DNA of 64,000 nt from Bacillota bacterium (GCA_012522585.1 JAAYKD010000049.1:2808-66807); one strand, 5' to 3'; positions 1 to 9,640 are shown, counted from the first letter of the stretch. Translations and numbers: made by a program. Notes: a model not told the origin generated them from the sequence alone.

Positions 1-138
1 GAAGGTATGAAAAAGCATAACAAGAGCAATATTGTAGTAGCCGGTCATATGGCCAGTGACTCCTTAGGCTTCAACCAGATCCTCAAAGTCTGGGAAGAAA
101 AAGGCGTCGAAGTAGTCAGAGTAAGCGGCTTAATCTAA
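1..138 (+). CDS. C-terminal fragment of a gene that starts left of the window (…NIVVAGHMASDSLGFNQILKVWEEKGVEVVRVSGLI*); product not identified
   Basis: Frame 1 is open from the window edge to TAA at 136-138 and is followed by a terminator. Confidence 0.4.
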   Translation, partial: EGMKKHNKSNIVVAGHMASDSLGFNQILKVWEEKGVEVVRVSGLI

Positions 139-150
139 GATTCAACCGAT

Positions 151-190
151 AAAAAAGGCGGGGTGCAAAAGCTTCCCGCCTTTTTTTATA
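151..190. terminator. Bidirectional rho-independent terminator
   Basis: A-run, then stem GGCGGG(157-162)/CCCGCC(175-180) with a 12-nt loop, then a T-run at 181-187. It sits between convergent genes. Confidence 0.7.
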
Positions 191-202
191 GCTTTTCTTA
201 AA

Positions 203-1363
203 TTAGCCGATGACGATTTCTCCGTCAACTATGACTGTAGTCGGTTTGGCTCCATTTTCAAAGGGATGTTTCTTCCAAATGACGATGTCTGCATCCTTAC
301 CCACTGCCAAAGAACCTACACGATCTTCGATACCAATGATTTCAGCAGGATTAATAGTAATAGCTTTCATAGCTTCGTATTCATCCATACCTTCAGCTAC
401 AGCCATACCTGCCATCAAAGGTAAGGTCTCCAGAGGCACTACCGGGCTGTCTGTACAGATCGCTACATTGATACCTGCTTTGTTCAAGACGCCAGGAGTA
501 TTAAAGCCTTTTTCTTTCAACTCAAATTTTGATCTATGACCAAAACTGGGGCCAACGACTGCAGGATAATCGTATTTAGCTAATTTCTCAGCAATTAAAT
601 GACCTTCAGTGCAGTGCTCCATGGTCAAATCAAGATCAAATTCTTTAACAATGCGAATAGAAGTGAAGATGTCGTCAGCTCTGTGAGCATGAATTTTTAA
701 AGGTATTTCTTTTTTCAAAACAGGAATCATCGCTTCATGGGTGAGATTCAGATCGGGAGCAGATTTTCCTTCGGCTGCTGCCTCTTCTTTTTTCTTCATG
801 TAATTTGAAGCGGCTACCAAGGCCTCTCTCATCACTGCAGCTGAACCCATGCGAGTCGATGGCATTTTACGTTGACCACTATAAACTCTTTTGGGGTTTT
901 CACCTAAAGCACATTTCATTGCGATGGGATCTTTTATAACCATTTCATCGACACAATCTCCGTGCAATTTACAGGCGAAGAAGGTTCCACCAATAACATT
1001 AGCAGAGCCGGGACCTGTAGCAACGGAAGTAACACCGGCTGCTAAGGCTTCTTTAACAGTTCGATCCATCGGATTAAAACCGTCAATACCTCTGACTTGA
1101 GCAGTGTTGGGAGCGATTGCTTCGTTGACATCATTGCCTTCAAAACCAATTGCATCTTCCATCATACCGATATGACAGTGAGCATCAATTAAACCGGGAG
1201 TGACCACTCGATTGCGAGCATTGATCACTTTAGCATCGGCAGGTGCGCTAACAGTTTCCCCAACTTCTTTGATTTTGCCAGCTTCTACTAAGATTTCGCC
1301 TTTGATCAGGCCTAAATCGGTCATAGTATAGATGCGAGCATTTTTGATTAAAATCTTTGACAT
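203..1363 (-). CDS. Metal-dependent amidohydrolase family protein
   Basis: 386 aa with amidohydrolase-fold motifs (…DAHCHIGM…, …HAHRADD…). AAGGAG sits 8 nt upstream of the ATG. Confidence 0.7.
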   Translation of the reverse strand: MSKILIKNARIYTMTDLGLIKGEILVEAGKIKEVGETVSAPADAKVINARNRVVTPGLIDAHCHIGMMEDAIGFEGNDVNEAIAPNTAQVRGIDGFNPMDRTVKEALAAGVTSVATGPGSANVIGGTFFACKLHGDCVDEMVIKDPIAMKCALGENPKRVYSGQRKMPSTRMGSAAVMREALVAASNYMKKKEEAAAEGKSAPDLNLTHEAMIPVLKKEIPLKIHAHRADDIFTSIRIVKEFDLDLTMEHCTEGHLIAEKLAKYDYPAVVGPSFGHRSKFELKEKGFNTPGVLNKAGINVAICTDSPVVPLETLPLMAGMAVAEGMDEYEAMKAITINPAEIIGIEDRVGSLAVGKDADIVIWKKHPFENGAKPTTVIVDGEIVIG

Positions 1364-1511
1364 TACTTTACTCCTTTTTTAAGTTTTGCTTAATTTTCGC
1401 ATTCCAGACCCGAAATTCCTTCTTACCTACCCCTTCTCCTAAAGAATAGCAGGATTTTTTAAAGAAAAAGCGAATCTCTTTTATGTTTACTAGAGAAATG
1501 GATTTGAATTT

Positions 1512-2228
1512 ATGAAAATCGACAACAGCAATTATTCTTCGTCAGGCGGCAAAGCTAAGCGTTTAGTTGAAATAGATGCAATCAGAGGCTTGGCTGTTTT
1601 AGCTATGGTCATTTATCATTTTATCTATGATTTAATTGCCTTTTATAATTTAGATTTTTCTTTAAACCATCCGATCATGTTGGTTTTAGCTACGGCTGCT
1701 TATCTTTTCTTCTTTCTATTCGGTTTGAGCAGCAATTTTACTCGCAACCCCTTAAAACGTCTTGGCAGAACTGCTCTGGCAGCTTTGGTCATAACCGTTA
1801 GCACCTATTTTTTCGACCCTAATCTCTATGTAAAATTTGGCACCCTGCATTTTCTCACAGCAGCAGGCTTGATAGTCTATCTCTTAAAAGACCAAGGAGA
1901 TGAAGTCATAGTTTTAATCGCCATGGCTGCCTTTTTAATCGGTAAATTTATCAGGCAGATCCCGGCTCAAAATGACTGGCTTTTTCCTCTGGGATATATT
2001 TCAAGAAGTTTTAACAGCTCCGATTATTATCCCCTTTTCCCAAATTTGACCTATGTGCTTCTAGGCTATATCACAGGACGTAAGTTCTATCAAGATGCCA
2101 AGCCGATATTCCCCAATTTGAAAGCTCCGTTCCTTTCCTTTTTAGGCAGGAACGCCATTATTATCTACTTCGTCCACCAACCCTTGTTTTTGCTGCTCCT
2201 TTCCGGTTCAGCAAGGCTGATCAAATGA
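1512..2228 (+). CDS. DUF1624-like integral membrane protein (heparan-alpha-glucosaminide N-acetyltransferase-like)
   Basis: 238 aa with multiple predicted TM segments. N-terminal 'IDAIRGLAVLAMVIYHF' is typical of DUF1624 membrane acyltransferases. Confidence 0.5.
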   Translation: MKIDNSNYSSSGGKAKRLVEIDAIRGLAVLAMVIYHFIYDLIAFYNLDFSLNHPIMLVLATAAYLFFFLFGLSSNFTRNPLKRLGRTALAALVITVSTYFFDPNLYVKFGTLHFLTAAGLIVYLLKDQGDEVIVLIAMAAFLIGKFIRQIPAQNDWLFPLGYISRSFNSSDYYPLFPNLTYVLLGYITGRKFYQDAKPIFPNLKAPFLSFLGRNAIIIYFVHQPLFLLLLSGSARLIK

Positions 2229-2239
2229 AAGGAGATTCA

Positions 2240-3445
2240 ATGATTTTTGCAACTTATATAAAAGAAAAACTGGAACAATCCTACAAATTATTGCAGAAAC
2301 ACAAATTAGATTGTTGGATTATCTATAGTCAGGGCAGCGACAACCTCGACCCTGCTTTGAATTTTTTTAACGGAGGTTTAAAGCTTAGAGAAGAAGTTTT
2401 AATTCTGATCTTCAAAAATTTCAAAATCAAAATTTTTACAGGGGAAGAAAATTTCTCGGCCTTAAAAAGCTTGGGCTACCGAGCTGAAGAAATCTATCTT
2501 TTAAATGATCTTAAAGTTTTATTAAAAACTCATTTAAAAGAGGAAAATGTAAAAACTCTAGCTTTAAACAAAAGCGAAAGGGGCTATGGCAGCGGAATCA
2601 ACCATGCTTTGTATCAAAAATTGCTGAGCAATCTCAATGGTTTGGATCTAGTCATCGAGGAGGCAGGTCCACTAGTTTATTCTCTGACTCTTGAACAAAC
2701 TCCAGGTGAAAAGCGATTCAATCGAGAACTAGGCTTTGAACTTTTAAAAGTTCATGGGCTGATTACTCAGAATTTAGGACCCGGCTGGACCTTCAAATCA
2801 CTGATCAGTTTGCTCAAGGAAAATTTCCAGCAAGCCAAGTTGGAATTTTCTGAGTTTTTTAGCAACGATTTATTTTTAAGTCATGGCCAACTGAAGCGAG
2901 GGTTTTACAATCTTGCCGACGATCCTCTCTTTGAACCAGGCTATCTATTAAACCTTTTCTTAGGCTTAAAGAATTTAAACACCCATATTTTCTCTGCCAG
3001 AAGTTGGTATATTTTAAAACCGGGAGAAACGAAAGTTCCCCAGGAGCTTGAACAGAGCTTTCAAAAATTACAAGCCCTTTTTAATCAGCTGATTTTAACC
3101 ATACAAAAAGAGCAAGACTATAACCAAGTCCTGATTTCTTTGCTTGAGCAAATAGAAGATCAGCCAAAGCAAATTATTGGAATAAAATATATTGGAGCTC
3201 AAGGTCATTATACCTGGACTAATTCAAAGCCTAGAGAAGCTGATTTGAAACAGATTCTTGATCTAAAGGAGAACCAATTATTTTACCTTGAATTAACCCT
3301 AGAAACTCAATGGGGCCTACTCCAGCAGGGTGAAACAATCTCCATTGAAGGACAAGAGAGCAAGTTTTTAATTCCCCCACAAAAACAAATTTGGGCAGTG
3401 CAATGGTTTGATGACGAACAGATACGCGAGGTCATCGATAAATAG
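2240..3445 (+). CDS. Hypothetical protein; the N-terminus weakly resembles the creatinase/Xaa-Pro aminopeptidase N-domain but no M24 catalytic motifs are present
   Basis: The ORF-track entry begins at 2225. GGAG lies 7 nt before the ATG at 2240, so the start is called at MIFATY…. The upstream stop and the ATG overlap (ATGA). Confidence 0.45.
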   Translation: MIFATYIKEKLEQSYKLLQKHKLDCWIIYSQGSDNLDPALNFFNGGLKLREEVLILIFKNFKIKIFTGEENFSALKSLGYRAEEIYLLNDLKVLLKTHLKEENVKTLALNKSERGYGSGINHALYQKLLSNLNGLDLVIEEAGPLVYSLTLEQTPGEKRFNRELGFELLKVHGLITQNLGPGWTFKSLISLLKENFQQAKLEFSEFFSNDLFLSHGQLKRGFYNLADDPLFEPGYLLNLFLGLKNLNTHIFSARSWYILKPGETKVPQELEQSFQKLQALFNQLILTIQKEQDYNQVLISLLEQIEDQPKQIIGIKYIGAQGHYTWTNSKPREADLKQILDLKENQLFYLELTLETQWGLLQQGETISIEGQESKFLIPPQKQIWAVQWFDDEQIREVIDK

Positions 3446-3459
3446 AGAGGAGTATTTTC

Positions 3460-4458
3460 ATGGAACAAAAGAAGCCTAAAGTATTGCTTTTAGCAACAGG
3501 TGGCACAATAGCCGGTAAGGGAGCACCGGGCAAAACCACCAATTACCGTCCCGGTGAAATCTCAGTTGAAGAACTCATTGAAACTGTACCCGGCTTAGGC
3601 GATCTGGCGGAAATCAAGAGCGTGCAATTTGCTAATGTTGCATCAATCGCTTTGACCCATCAAGATTGGCTCAATTTAGCTAATCTGATCAACTCTGAAT
3701 TTTCAGCAGATCCCGAGCTGAGAGGAGTGGTGGTCACTCACGGTACTGATGTCCTGGAAGAAACTGCATATTTTCTCCACCTGAGCATCAAGGATATCAG
3801 GCCGGTTGTGGTAGTTGGTTCGATGCGTCCGGCAACTGCTCTCTCGGCAGATGGGCCTTTAAATCTGCTCAACGCAGTAAAGATTGCGGTTTCTCAGGAG
3901 GCAGAGGGTAAGGGTGTTCTGGTAGCCCTTAATGACGAAATCCACTGTGCCCGAGACGTTACTAAAGGCAATGCCAACAAGGTAGAAACTTTCCAAAGCC
4001 CCTACTGCGGCCCTTTAGGTTTTGTCAAAGGTGACAATATTCACTTCTATCATCAACCCAGCCGCCTTCACACTTATCAGACAGTCTTTGATACCAGTGG
4101 TTTGAAGGATTTACCCAGAGTCGATCTAGCCTATTCTCATATTATGGCAGATGGTGCCGCTATCGAAGCTTATGTGGAAAGAGGGGCCAAGGGTATCGTC
4201 ATTGCTGCAGCCGGAGCGGGTGCTGTGACAAGGGAGATGTCACAAGCAATGGAAAAAGCTACCCAGGCAGGCGTCGTAATTTTATTGGGAACGCGTTGCG
4301 GTGCAGGTCTGGTCGGACCGGCTCGCCAAGAGATGCTGAAAAGAGGCTATATCACTGCTGATAATTTAAATCCCCAAAAAGCAAGAGTGTTATTAGCCTT
4401 GGCTTTAGCACATACTGATAATTTAGAGACGATTCAAGATTGGTTTAATAATTGCTAA
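3460..4458 (+). CDS. ansA: L-asparaginase (type I-like)
   Basis: 332 aa with the N-terminal 'LLATGGTIAG' threonine motif and 'VVTHGTDVLEETAYFL'. There is a good RBS. Confidence 0.85.
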   Translation: MEQKKPKVLLLATGGTIAGKGAPGKTTNYRPGEISVEELIETVPGLGDLAEIKSVQFANVASIALTHQDWLNLANLINSEFSADPELRGVVVTHGTDVLEETAYFLHLSIKDIRPVVVVGSMRPATALSADGPLNLLNAVKIAVSQEAEGKGVLVALNDEIHCARDVTKGNANKVETFQSPYCGPLGFVKGDNIHFYHQPSRLHTYQTVFDTSGLKDLPRVDLAYSHIMADGAAIEAYVERGAKGIVIAAAGAGAVTREMSQAMEKATQAGVVILLGTRCGAGLVGPARQEMLKRGYITADNLNPQKARVLLALALAHTDNLETIQDWFNNC

Positions 4459-4467
4459 AATAAAGAA

Positions 4468-4513
4468 GAAAGCCCTTAACAGGTATTATATCCTGTTAAG
4501 GGCTCTTTTTTTG
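4468..4513. terminator. Rho-independent terminator downstream of ansA (bidirectional)
   Basis: Stem aagcccttaacagg/tcctgttaagggctc followed by ttttttt. Confidence 0.8.
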
Positions 4514-4589
4514 AGAAATTCATCAACAGATCTTCCTAACAAACGCATTGCATAAACAACGAAGAGAGATCTGGATCTTTCGATTCATT

Positions 4590-4769
4590 TAAAAACGATT
4601 GGCCTTGATCACCTTCGCTTGAGTTTAACGAAAATTTAAATTCAAAATCATCATGAGCTTGATCAGCAGAATATCCCAAGAAAAAAGGGATCTATATTTT
4701 TTGACTTACCTAAAAAACGATTATCCTTGATCACCTCTGCTTGCGCTAAGAGAAAAGTTTAATTCGAAA
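4590..4769. repeat. Two imperfect direct repeats of ~58 bp (4590-4648 and 4712-4769, about 80-85% identical), each containing a TTGATCA core
   Basis: aaaaacgattggccttgatcaccttcgcttgag…tttaa…ttcaaaa versus aaaaaacgattatccttgatcacctctgcttgcg…tttaattcgaaa. They lie between convergent genes. Confidence 0.6.
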
Positions 4770-4802
4770 GGAAGGAAGCATGATAAAAAGCTTTTTCAAA
4801 AA

Positions 4803-5756
4803 TCAATTGCGCCAAGCCACTTGGCTTTCTTCCAAGCGAGTTCGCGCTTCTTTAGTTTCTGCCGGATAGCCAAAGGATATAAGGCTAAAAGGTATCAAAT
4901 TATCTGCCAGTTGCAAGACATTTTTAGCCCCTTCTTTTCTTTCAGCAACGGGATGCTGACCTATCCAAACTCCACCTAGACCTAAAGCTTGAATAGCCAA
5001 AAGAATATTCTGAGTCACCGCCGCACAATCCTGAATCCAAAAATCTCGGCCTGCTCCCTCTCTCATCCGAGTCTGGTCACCGCTGACCAAAATAGCAGCA
5101 GGTGCAAGTTTTAGCATCTTACCATAAGGGTTTGCCTCAGCTAAAGCGTCCAGCTCTTCCCTCTTAGTAATTACGGTCAAATGCCAAGGACGCCTATCCG
5201 AGGCTGAGGGGGCTGCTAAGCCCGCTTCCAAGATAGTCTGCAAAACTTCTCGAGGGATTGCCTCTTCTGTGTATTTTCTGATCGATCTTCTTTCAAAAAG
5301 TAATTTCAACTTCTCCGGATGTTCTTTCATGATAGATCTCCTTTCCATCTGGTACCTTGGCCCTATAACTCTGACCAGGCCCTTTTGTTCTTCTAGTTTT
5401 CTTCTGATTGGTCTTGATTTCTGAGAATAATACAGATGTGAGCTGCAATTACAATCTGAGCTGCCAAATTTATCTACCCAGTTAAAGCTTTCCGATAAAA
5501 TCTGAGCCAGTGAACACTCGCCCATTTTTTCTTGATCAAAGACATAAAGAGCAACGGGCTTAGCTTCTTCCCGCAAATAATCTATATGCCATTTGATTTT
5601 TTTCTCTTCCAACCAATGTCTATTCAATCTTGAATATCCATTCTTCTTAGCACTGCCCACATAGGCATAATAGCCTCTAGCAAAGGACGGAGTGCCCAGT
5701 TTGCCAATTCTGATAGATTTCTTGGCTTTCAGCTTTAAAAGCAACACATAAGTCAA
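4803..5756 (-). CDS. Fusion protein: N-terminal DUF123/GIY-YIG-like (Uri superfamily) domain plus C-terminal nitroreductase-family domain
   Basis: The N-terminus 'GYYAYVGSAKKNGYSRLNRHW' is DUF123-like, followed by a Cys cluster (CNCSSH). The C-terminus 'RRSIRKYTEEAIPREV…GLAAPSASDRRPWH' matches the nitroreductase fold. Confidence 0.6.
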   Translation of the reverse strand: MTYVLLLKLKAKKSIRIGKLGTPSFARGYYAYVGSAKKNGYSRLNRHWLEEKKIKWHIDYLREEAKPVALYVFDQEKMGECSLAQILSESFNWVDKFGSSDCNCSSHLYYSQKSRPIRRKLEEQKGLVRVIGPRYQMERRSIMKEHPEKLKLLFERRSIRKYTEEAIPREVLQTILEAGLAAPSASDRRPWHLTVITKREELDALAEANPYGKMLKLAPAAILVSGDQTRMREGAGRDFWIQDCAAVTQNILLAIQALGLGGVWIGQHPVAERKEGAKNVLQLADNLIPFSLISFGYPAETKEARTRLEESQVAWRN

Positions 5757-5847
5757 GGGGAGCTGATAGAAAGATTCCTTTTTTAACGGCAGAAGCGTGT
5801 CAATCTCCCCCTTCCACTAATCTACACATCAGTTTTTCTCTTGTGCA

Positions 5848-5876
5848 TGGACAAAACCCTGCTTTTAAGCTAAAAT
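5848..5876 (+). promoter_or_regulatory. Sigma-A-type promoter for the flippase-like gene
   Basis: TGGACA, a 17-nt spacer, then TAAAAT, about 35 nt upstream of the start codon. Confidence 0.5.
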
Positions 5877-5908
5877 GAGTTAGTTTTAGGAAAGGCGGTG
5901 TCCGCTAA

Positions 5909-7447
5909 ATGAATTCAAATCTGAACGAACAGAAGCAGGATTTTCTTACCGGAGCTTTGATTTTGAGTTTAGCCGGATTGATCAGCCAATTTTTAGGAGT
6001 TTTCTCCAAGATATTTTTGCTCTGGCGGATCGGTGAAGAAGGTGTAGGCATTTACAATTTCCCTTATCCTTTTTTTGCCATCATCCTTTCCTTTTCTTCA
6101 GTTGGTTTTAATATCGCAATCTCAAAATTAGTAGCCGAAGCTAAGGCAAATAACGACGACCAGAGAGCCCAATTGGTTTTCCAACAAGGTAGGAAAATCA
6201 GCATTAAATTTGGACTTTTAGGGACTCTTTTACTAGCTTTATTGGCCTATCCCATGGCCAATTATGTCCACAACGATGCACGAGCTCTCTTCTCTTATCT
6301 GGCTTTAGCTCCAACTGCTTTTTTAACATCCTTCCAAGCTACTTATCGGGGCTATTTCCAAGGTTTGCAAAATGTCAAACCAAATGCTTATTCCCAATTG
6401 ATTGAACAGACTTTTCGTATCATCATCATGCTTTTACTGGCCTGGCTGCTTCTGCCTCTGGGCTTGACCTATGCTGCAGCCGGCGCAACATTCGGAGCCG
6501 CCGCCGGAGCCCTGGCAGCCTCCTTTTATCTGGCTTACCTTTATAAAAAAAGCACCGTTGCCACTTTGCAACCATGGTCTGGCATAGCTCAAGAAGTAAA
6601 AAGCCTCAATCAAGAGATTATCAAACATGCCTTACCCATCAGCTTTGCCGGGATCGGATTGCCTGCCTTTCTTTTAGCTGATTCTCTTTTGATTACAAAC
6701 CGTTTGCAATCAGCAGGTCATACTTTAAGCCAGGCAACCACTACCTATGGTATGTTCGCCAACAACGCCATGAGTCTGATTACCATGCCAACAATTTTAA
6801 CCGGATCCCTTTTCGTGACCCTGATACCGGCAATTGCCGCAGCGAGAGCCGCTGAGCAAACACAAAAAACCAGAGCTCTTGTCAACAAAGCCCTCTTGAT
6901 AACCTTGGTTTTTGCCCTTCCTGCCGCCATTGGTATGAACAGTGTAGCCTTAGAACTGACCAATATCCTTCGCATGAGCGAAGCAACAGCCCTTGTCTTA
7001 AAAACTTTATCCTACGCTCTTCCTTTCATCGCTTTGCAGCAAGTCAGCTCTGGAATCTTACAGGGAGCAGGTATCCGGATTTTACCGGTCGTCCATATGT
7101 TTTTTGGTGCTTTGATAAAATTACTGGGCAATTTCATTCTGATTCCCAAGCTCGGCATTGACGGAGCTGCCTATTCCACGATTGCCGGCTTCGCCATAGC
7201 GGCTTTGCTCAACCTTTATCAGGTCTATAAAGAAGATGAGCAGAGCTTAAAGTCCTGGTCTTTAATTTTGATCTATACAATCAGTTCAATCTTGATGGGA
7301 TGGGCTTTGAGATTGATCGAACCTTTGACAGCCAATTTTATTTCTTTGGCCGCTTTGATCATCAAAAGCCTTTTGGGCATCATAGTTTATTTTGCCTTGG
7401 TCATTCTCCTGAATTTTGCTATAAAAAATTTTAAAAAAAGGAAATAG
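5909..7447 (+). CDS. MOP-superfamily polysaccharide biosynthesis/flippase protein (SpoVB/Wzx/MurJ-like)
   Basis: 512 aa with about 14 TM helices and the typical polysaccharide-biosynthesis-protein architecture. There is an AGGAAAGG RBS. Confidence 0.7.
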   Translation: MNSNLNEQKQDFLTGALILSLAGLISQFLGVFSKIFLLWRIGEEGVGIYNFPYPFFAIILSFSSVGFNIAISKLVAEAKANNDDQRAQLVFQQGRKISIKFGLLGTLLLALLAYPMANYVHNDARALFSYLALAPTAFLTSFQATYRGYFQGLQNVKPNAYSQLIEQTFRIIIMLLLAWLLLPLGLTYAAAGATFGAAAGALAASFYLAYLYKKSTVATLQPWSGIAQEVKSLNQEIIKHALPISFAGIGLPAFLLADSLLITNRLQSAGHTLSQATTTYGMFANNAMSLITMPTILTGSLFVTLIPAIAAARAAEQTQKTRALVNKALLITLVFALPAAIGMNSVALELTNILRMSEATALVLKTLSYALPFIALQQVSSGILQGAGIRILPVVHMFFGALIKLLGNFILIPKLGIDGAAYSTIAGFAIAALLNLYQVYKEDEQSLKSWSLILIYTISSILMGWALRLIEPLTANFISLAALIIKSLLGIIVYFALVILLNFAIKNFKKRK

Positions 7448-7599
7448 TGAGAGCTTATTTCGGAATCCGGAATAAACCGAAGGTATTTCGATATAATAAG
7501 CTATTTTTTGTCGATTTTTCATCTTTTAAAGAAGGAATTTCGACAGCAAACCTTGAATAATAGCGAAAAATAGCAAAATCTAGGAAAGTGGGGTTCCCT

Positions 7600-9609
7600 A
7601 TGGAGAAAAAGAAACTTTTAGTTGAAGATATGCTAAAAATCAAGGTGGCAGGAGAGGTAGCACTTTCACCTGAAGGAGATTTAGCGGTTTATGTCATGAC
7701 TTCTATTGACAAAAAAAATAACAAGTATTGTCATGTCCTCTATGGAGCCGAAGTTGGCAAAGAACCTTTTCCATTGACCAATGGCCCCAGTGATACCAAA
7801 CCGAAATTCAGCCCCGACGGTAAAGAGCTGGCCTTTTTGTCCAACCGGTCAGGGAGCAGCCAAATCTGGATTCTTCCGGTCAGTTTAGGCGAGGCCAAAC
7901 AGTACACTCAAATTAAAGGTGGAGTCAGTGATTTCATCTGGCTGCCTGAAGGCAATGGCTTTGTCTATCTTGCCAGCTTAAACGAACAGGGATTACAAAA
8001 GGAAAAAGACCCTGATCCGGAAACAAATCTTTATGACAAACACACAAAAGAGGTCCGAGTCATTGAAAACCTCTATTATAAAATGGACGGAATGGGTTAT
8101 TTGAGTCGGAACAGACCCCAGTTGGTCTATCAAGAACGAGAGCAAAAGCCCGTTCAATTGACCCAAGGGCCTCAATTCGTCTACAGACTTTGCGATGTTG
8201 ATGAAACGGGCAGAAAGATTCTCTTCACCAGCCGTCAGGACGATGATTGGGATAGAAATGCTTGGTCCAGCTATCTCTATGAATACGATATGGAAAAAGC
8301 CAGAGTCAAATCAATGATCACCAAGGATTTGGATGTACAACAGGCTGCTTACAGTCCCAAAGGGGATAGAATCGCCTTACTGGCTACCCTTTCCGACCTG
8401 ACCGGCGGCAACACAAAACTCTATACCATGCCAATTGAGGGTGGAGAGCCAGAACTGGCCTTACCCAATCTGGATAAGACTCTAGGCAATTTGGCTTTAA
8501 GCGACTTGCCTCTGCGCTCCAGCACCCCGATAGTTTGGGGCTGGGGAGCTAAATCCGTCTACCTGCCTTTGAGCGAAGGGGGAAAAGTAAGTTTAGTTAA
8601 AATTTTCGTCGATACCGAGAAGATAGAGACAATCGTCGAAGGCAACAGAGTCGTATACAGCTATAGTTTAAGTGCTAATTGTAAAAAGATTGCTTTTGCA
8701 GCCAGTTATATGACAAATCCCTCTGATCTTTTTTATTTGGATACAGAAAACGATAATCCCAGAACCAGGGAGCGTCAGCTGACCGAGCTCAACCCATGGC
8801 TAGAAGAGTATTTTCTAAGCACTCCGGAAATTTTAAAAGCCAGAGCCTCCAGAAAGTCACCGGAAGTTGACCTTTGGGTGATGAGGCCTAAGGGGTTCAA
8901 AGCCCACGAAAGCTACCCGGCTATCCTCCAGATTCATGGGGGCCCCATGTTGATGTATGGATATTCCTTCTTCTTCGAGTTTCAATTGATGGCCAATATG
9001 GGAATGGGTGTAATCTTCTCCAATCCCCGAGGTTCACAAGGCTACGGGGAAGAATTTTGCACAGCAATTGCCAAAGAATGGGGAAAGCTGGACTACAATG
9101 ATCTTTTGGCAGTCAGAAAGAGAGCTTTGCGTCGACACAAATGGATTGACGACAATCGCATTTCGGTGGCAGGTGGCTCCTATGGCGGTTTTATGACCGC
9201 TTGGATAATTGGCCACACCGACATCTTCAAAGCTGCTATTTGTAGCAGACCGGTAATTCACTGGACCAGCATGTCAGGGACCTCCGATGGCAATTGGTCT
9301 TGGTACCGCAGGTTTGATTTTGTCTTACCTTGGGAAGATGAAAAGGCTTACCGTCAGCAATCACCTTTCACCTATGTGGACAAAGTTAAAACACCGGTCC
9401 TCATAGAAATTCAGGAAGGGGACTTGCGCTGCCCAATTGAACAAGGTCAGATGTATTTCTCAGCTCTGAAATATTTAAATAAAGCTCCTGTAAAACTGGT
9501 CTCCTATCCCAATGAATTCCACGGTATGAGCCGTAACGGCAAACCTTGGAACAAGGTTCACCGCCTCGATCAAATTGTCGATTGGCTAGTGACTTACGGA
9601 ATTGATTGA
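7600..9609 (+). CDS. S9 family serine peptidase (prolyl oligopeptidase/acylaminoacyl-peptidase-like) with an N-terminal beta-propeller
   Basis: The C-terminal 'GGSYGGFMTAW' nucleophile-elbow motif is present, and the propeller carries TolB-like repeats. The ATG at 7600 is preferred over the GTG at 7588. Confidence 0.8.
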   Translation: MEKKKLLVEDMLKIKVAGEVALSPEGDLAVYVMTSIDKKNNKYCHVLYGAEVGKEPFPLTNGPSDTKPKFSPDGKELAFLSNRSGSSQIWILPVSLGEAKQYTQIKGGVSDFIWLPEGNGFVYLASLNEQGLQKEKDPDPETNLYDKHTKEVRVIENLYYKMDGMGYLSRNRPQLVYQEREQKPVQLTQGPQFVYRLCDVDETGRKILFTSRQDDDWDRNAWSSYLYEYDMEKARVKSMITKDLDVQQAAYSPKGDRIALLATLSDLTGGNTKLYTMPIEGGEPELALPNLDKTLGNLALSDLPLRSSTPIVWGWGAKSVYLPLSEGGKVSLVKIFVDTEKIETIVEGNRVVYSYSLSANCKKIAFAASYMTNPSDLFYLDTENDNPRTRERQLTELNPWLEEYFLSTPEILKARASRKSPEVDLWVMRPKGFKAHESYPAILQIHGGPMLMYGYSFFFEFQLMANMGMGVIFSNPRGSQGYGEEFCTAIAKEWGKLDYNDLLAVRKRALRRHKWIDDNRISVAGGSYGGFMTAWIIGHTDIFKAAICSRPVIHWTSMSGTSDGNWSWYRRFDFVLPWEDEKAYRQQSPFTYVDKVKTPVLIEIQEGDLRCPIEQGQMYFSALKYLNKAPVKLVSYPNEFHGMSRNGKPWNKVHRLDQIVDWLVTYGID

Positions 9610-9640
9610 TTTTAAAAGCTAATAATTAAATAAATGATTG

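Noticed and set aside
210-1100. Plus-strand ORFs 210..539 and 891..1100 inside the amidohydrolase gene
   Set aside because: They are antisense to a well-supported 386-aa CDS. Their composition is low-complexity (S/T/P/A-rich) and there is no RBS.
4590-4769. Possible CRISPR array
   Set aside because: There are only two imperfect copies, separated by one ~64-bp spacer that contains a degenerate third copy. They are not regularly spaced identical repeats, and there are no cas genes anywhere in the window.
6434-7643. Minus-strand ORFs 6434..6628, 6745..6975, 7286..7522 and 7455..7643 overlapping the flippase gene
   Set aside because: They are antisense to a polytopic membrane-protein CDS. Mirror-hydrophobic or G/S/C-rich artefacts of this kind are typical there, and they have no RBS.
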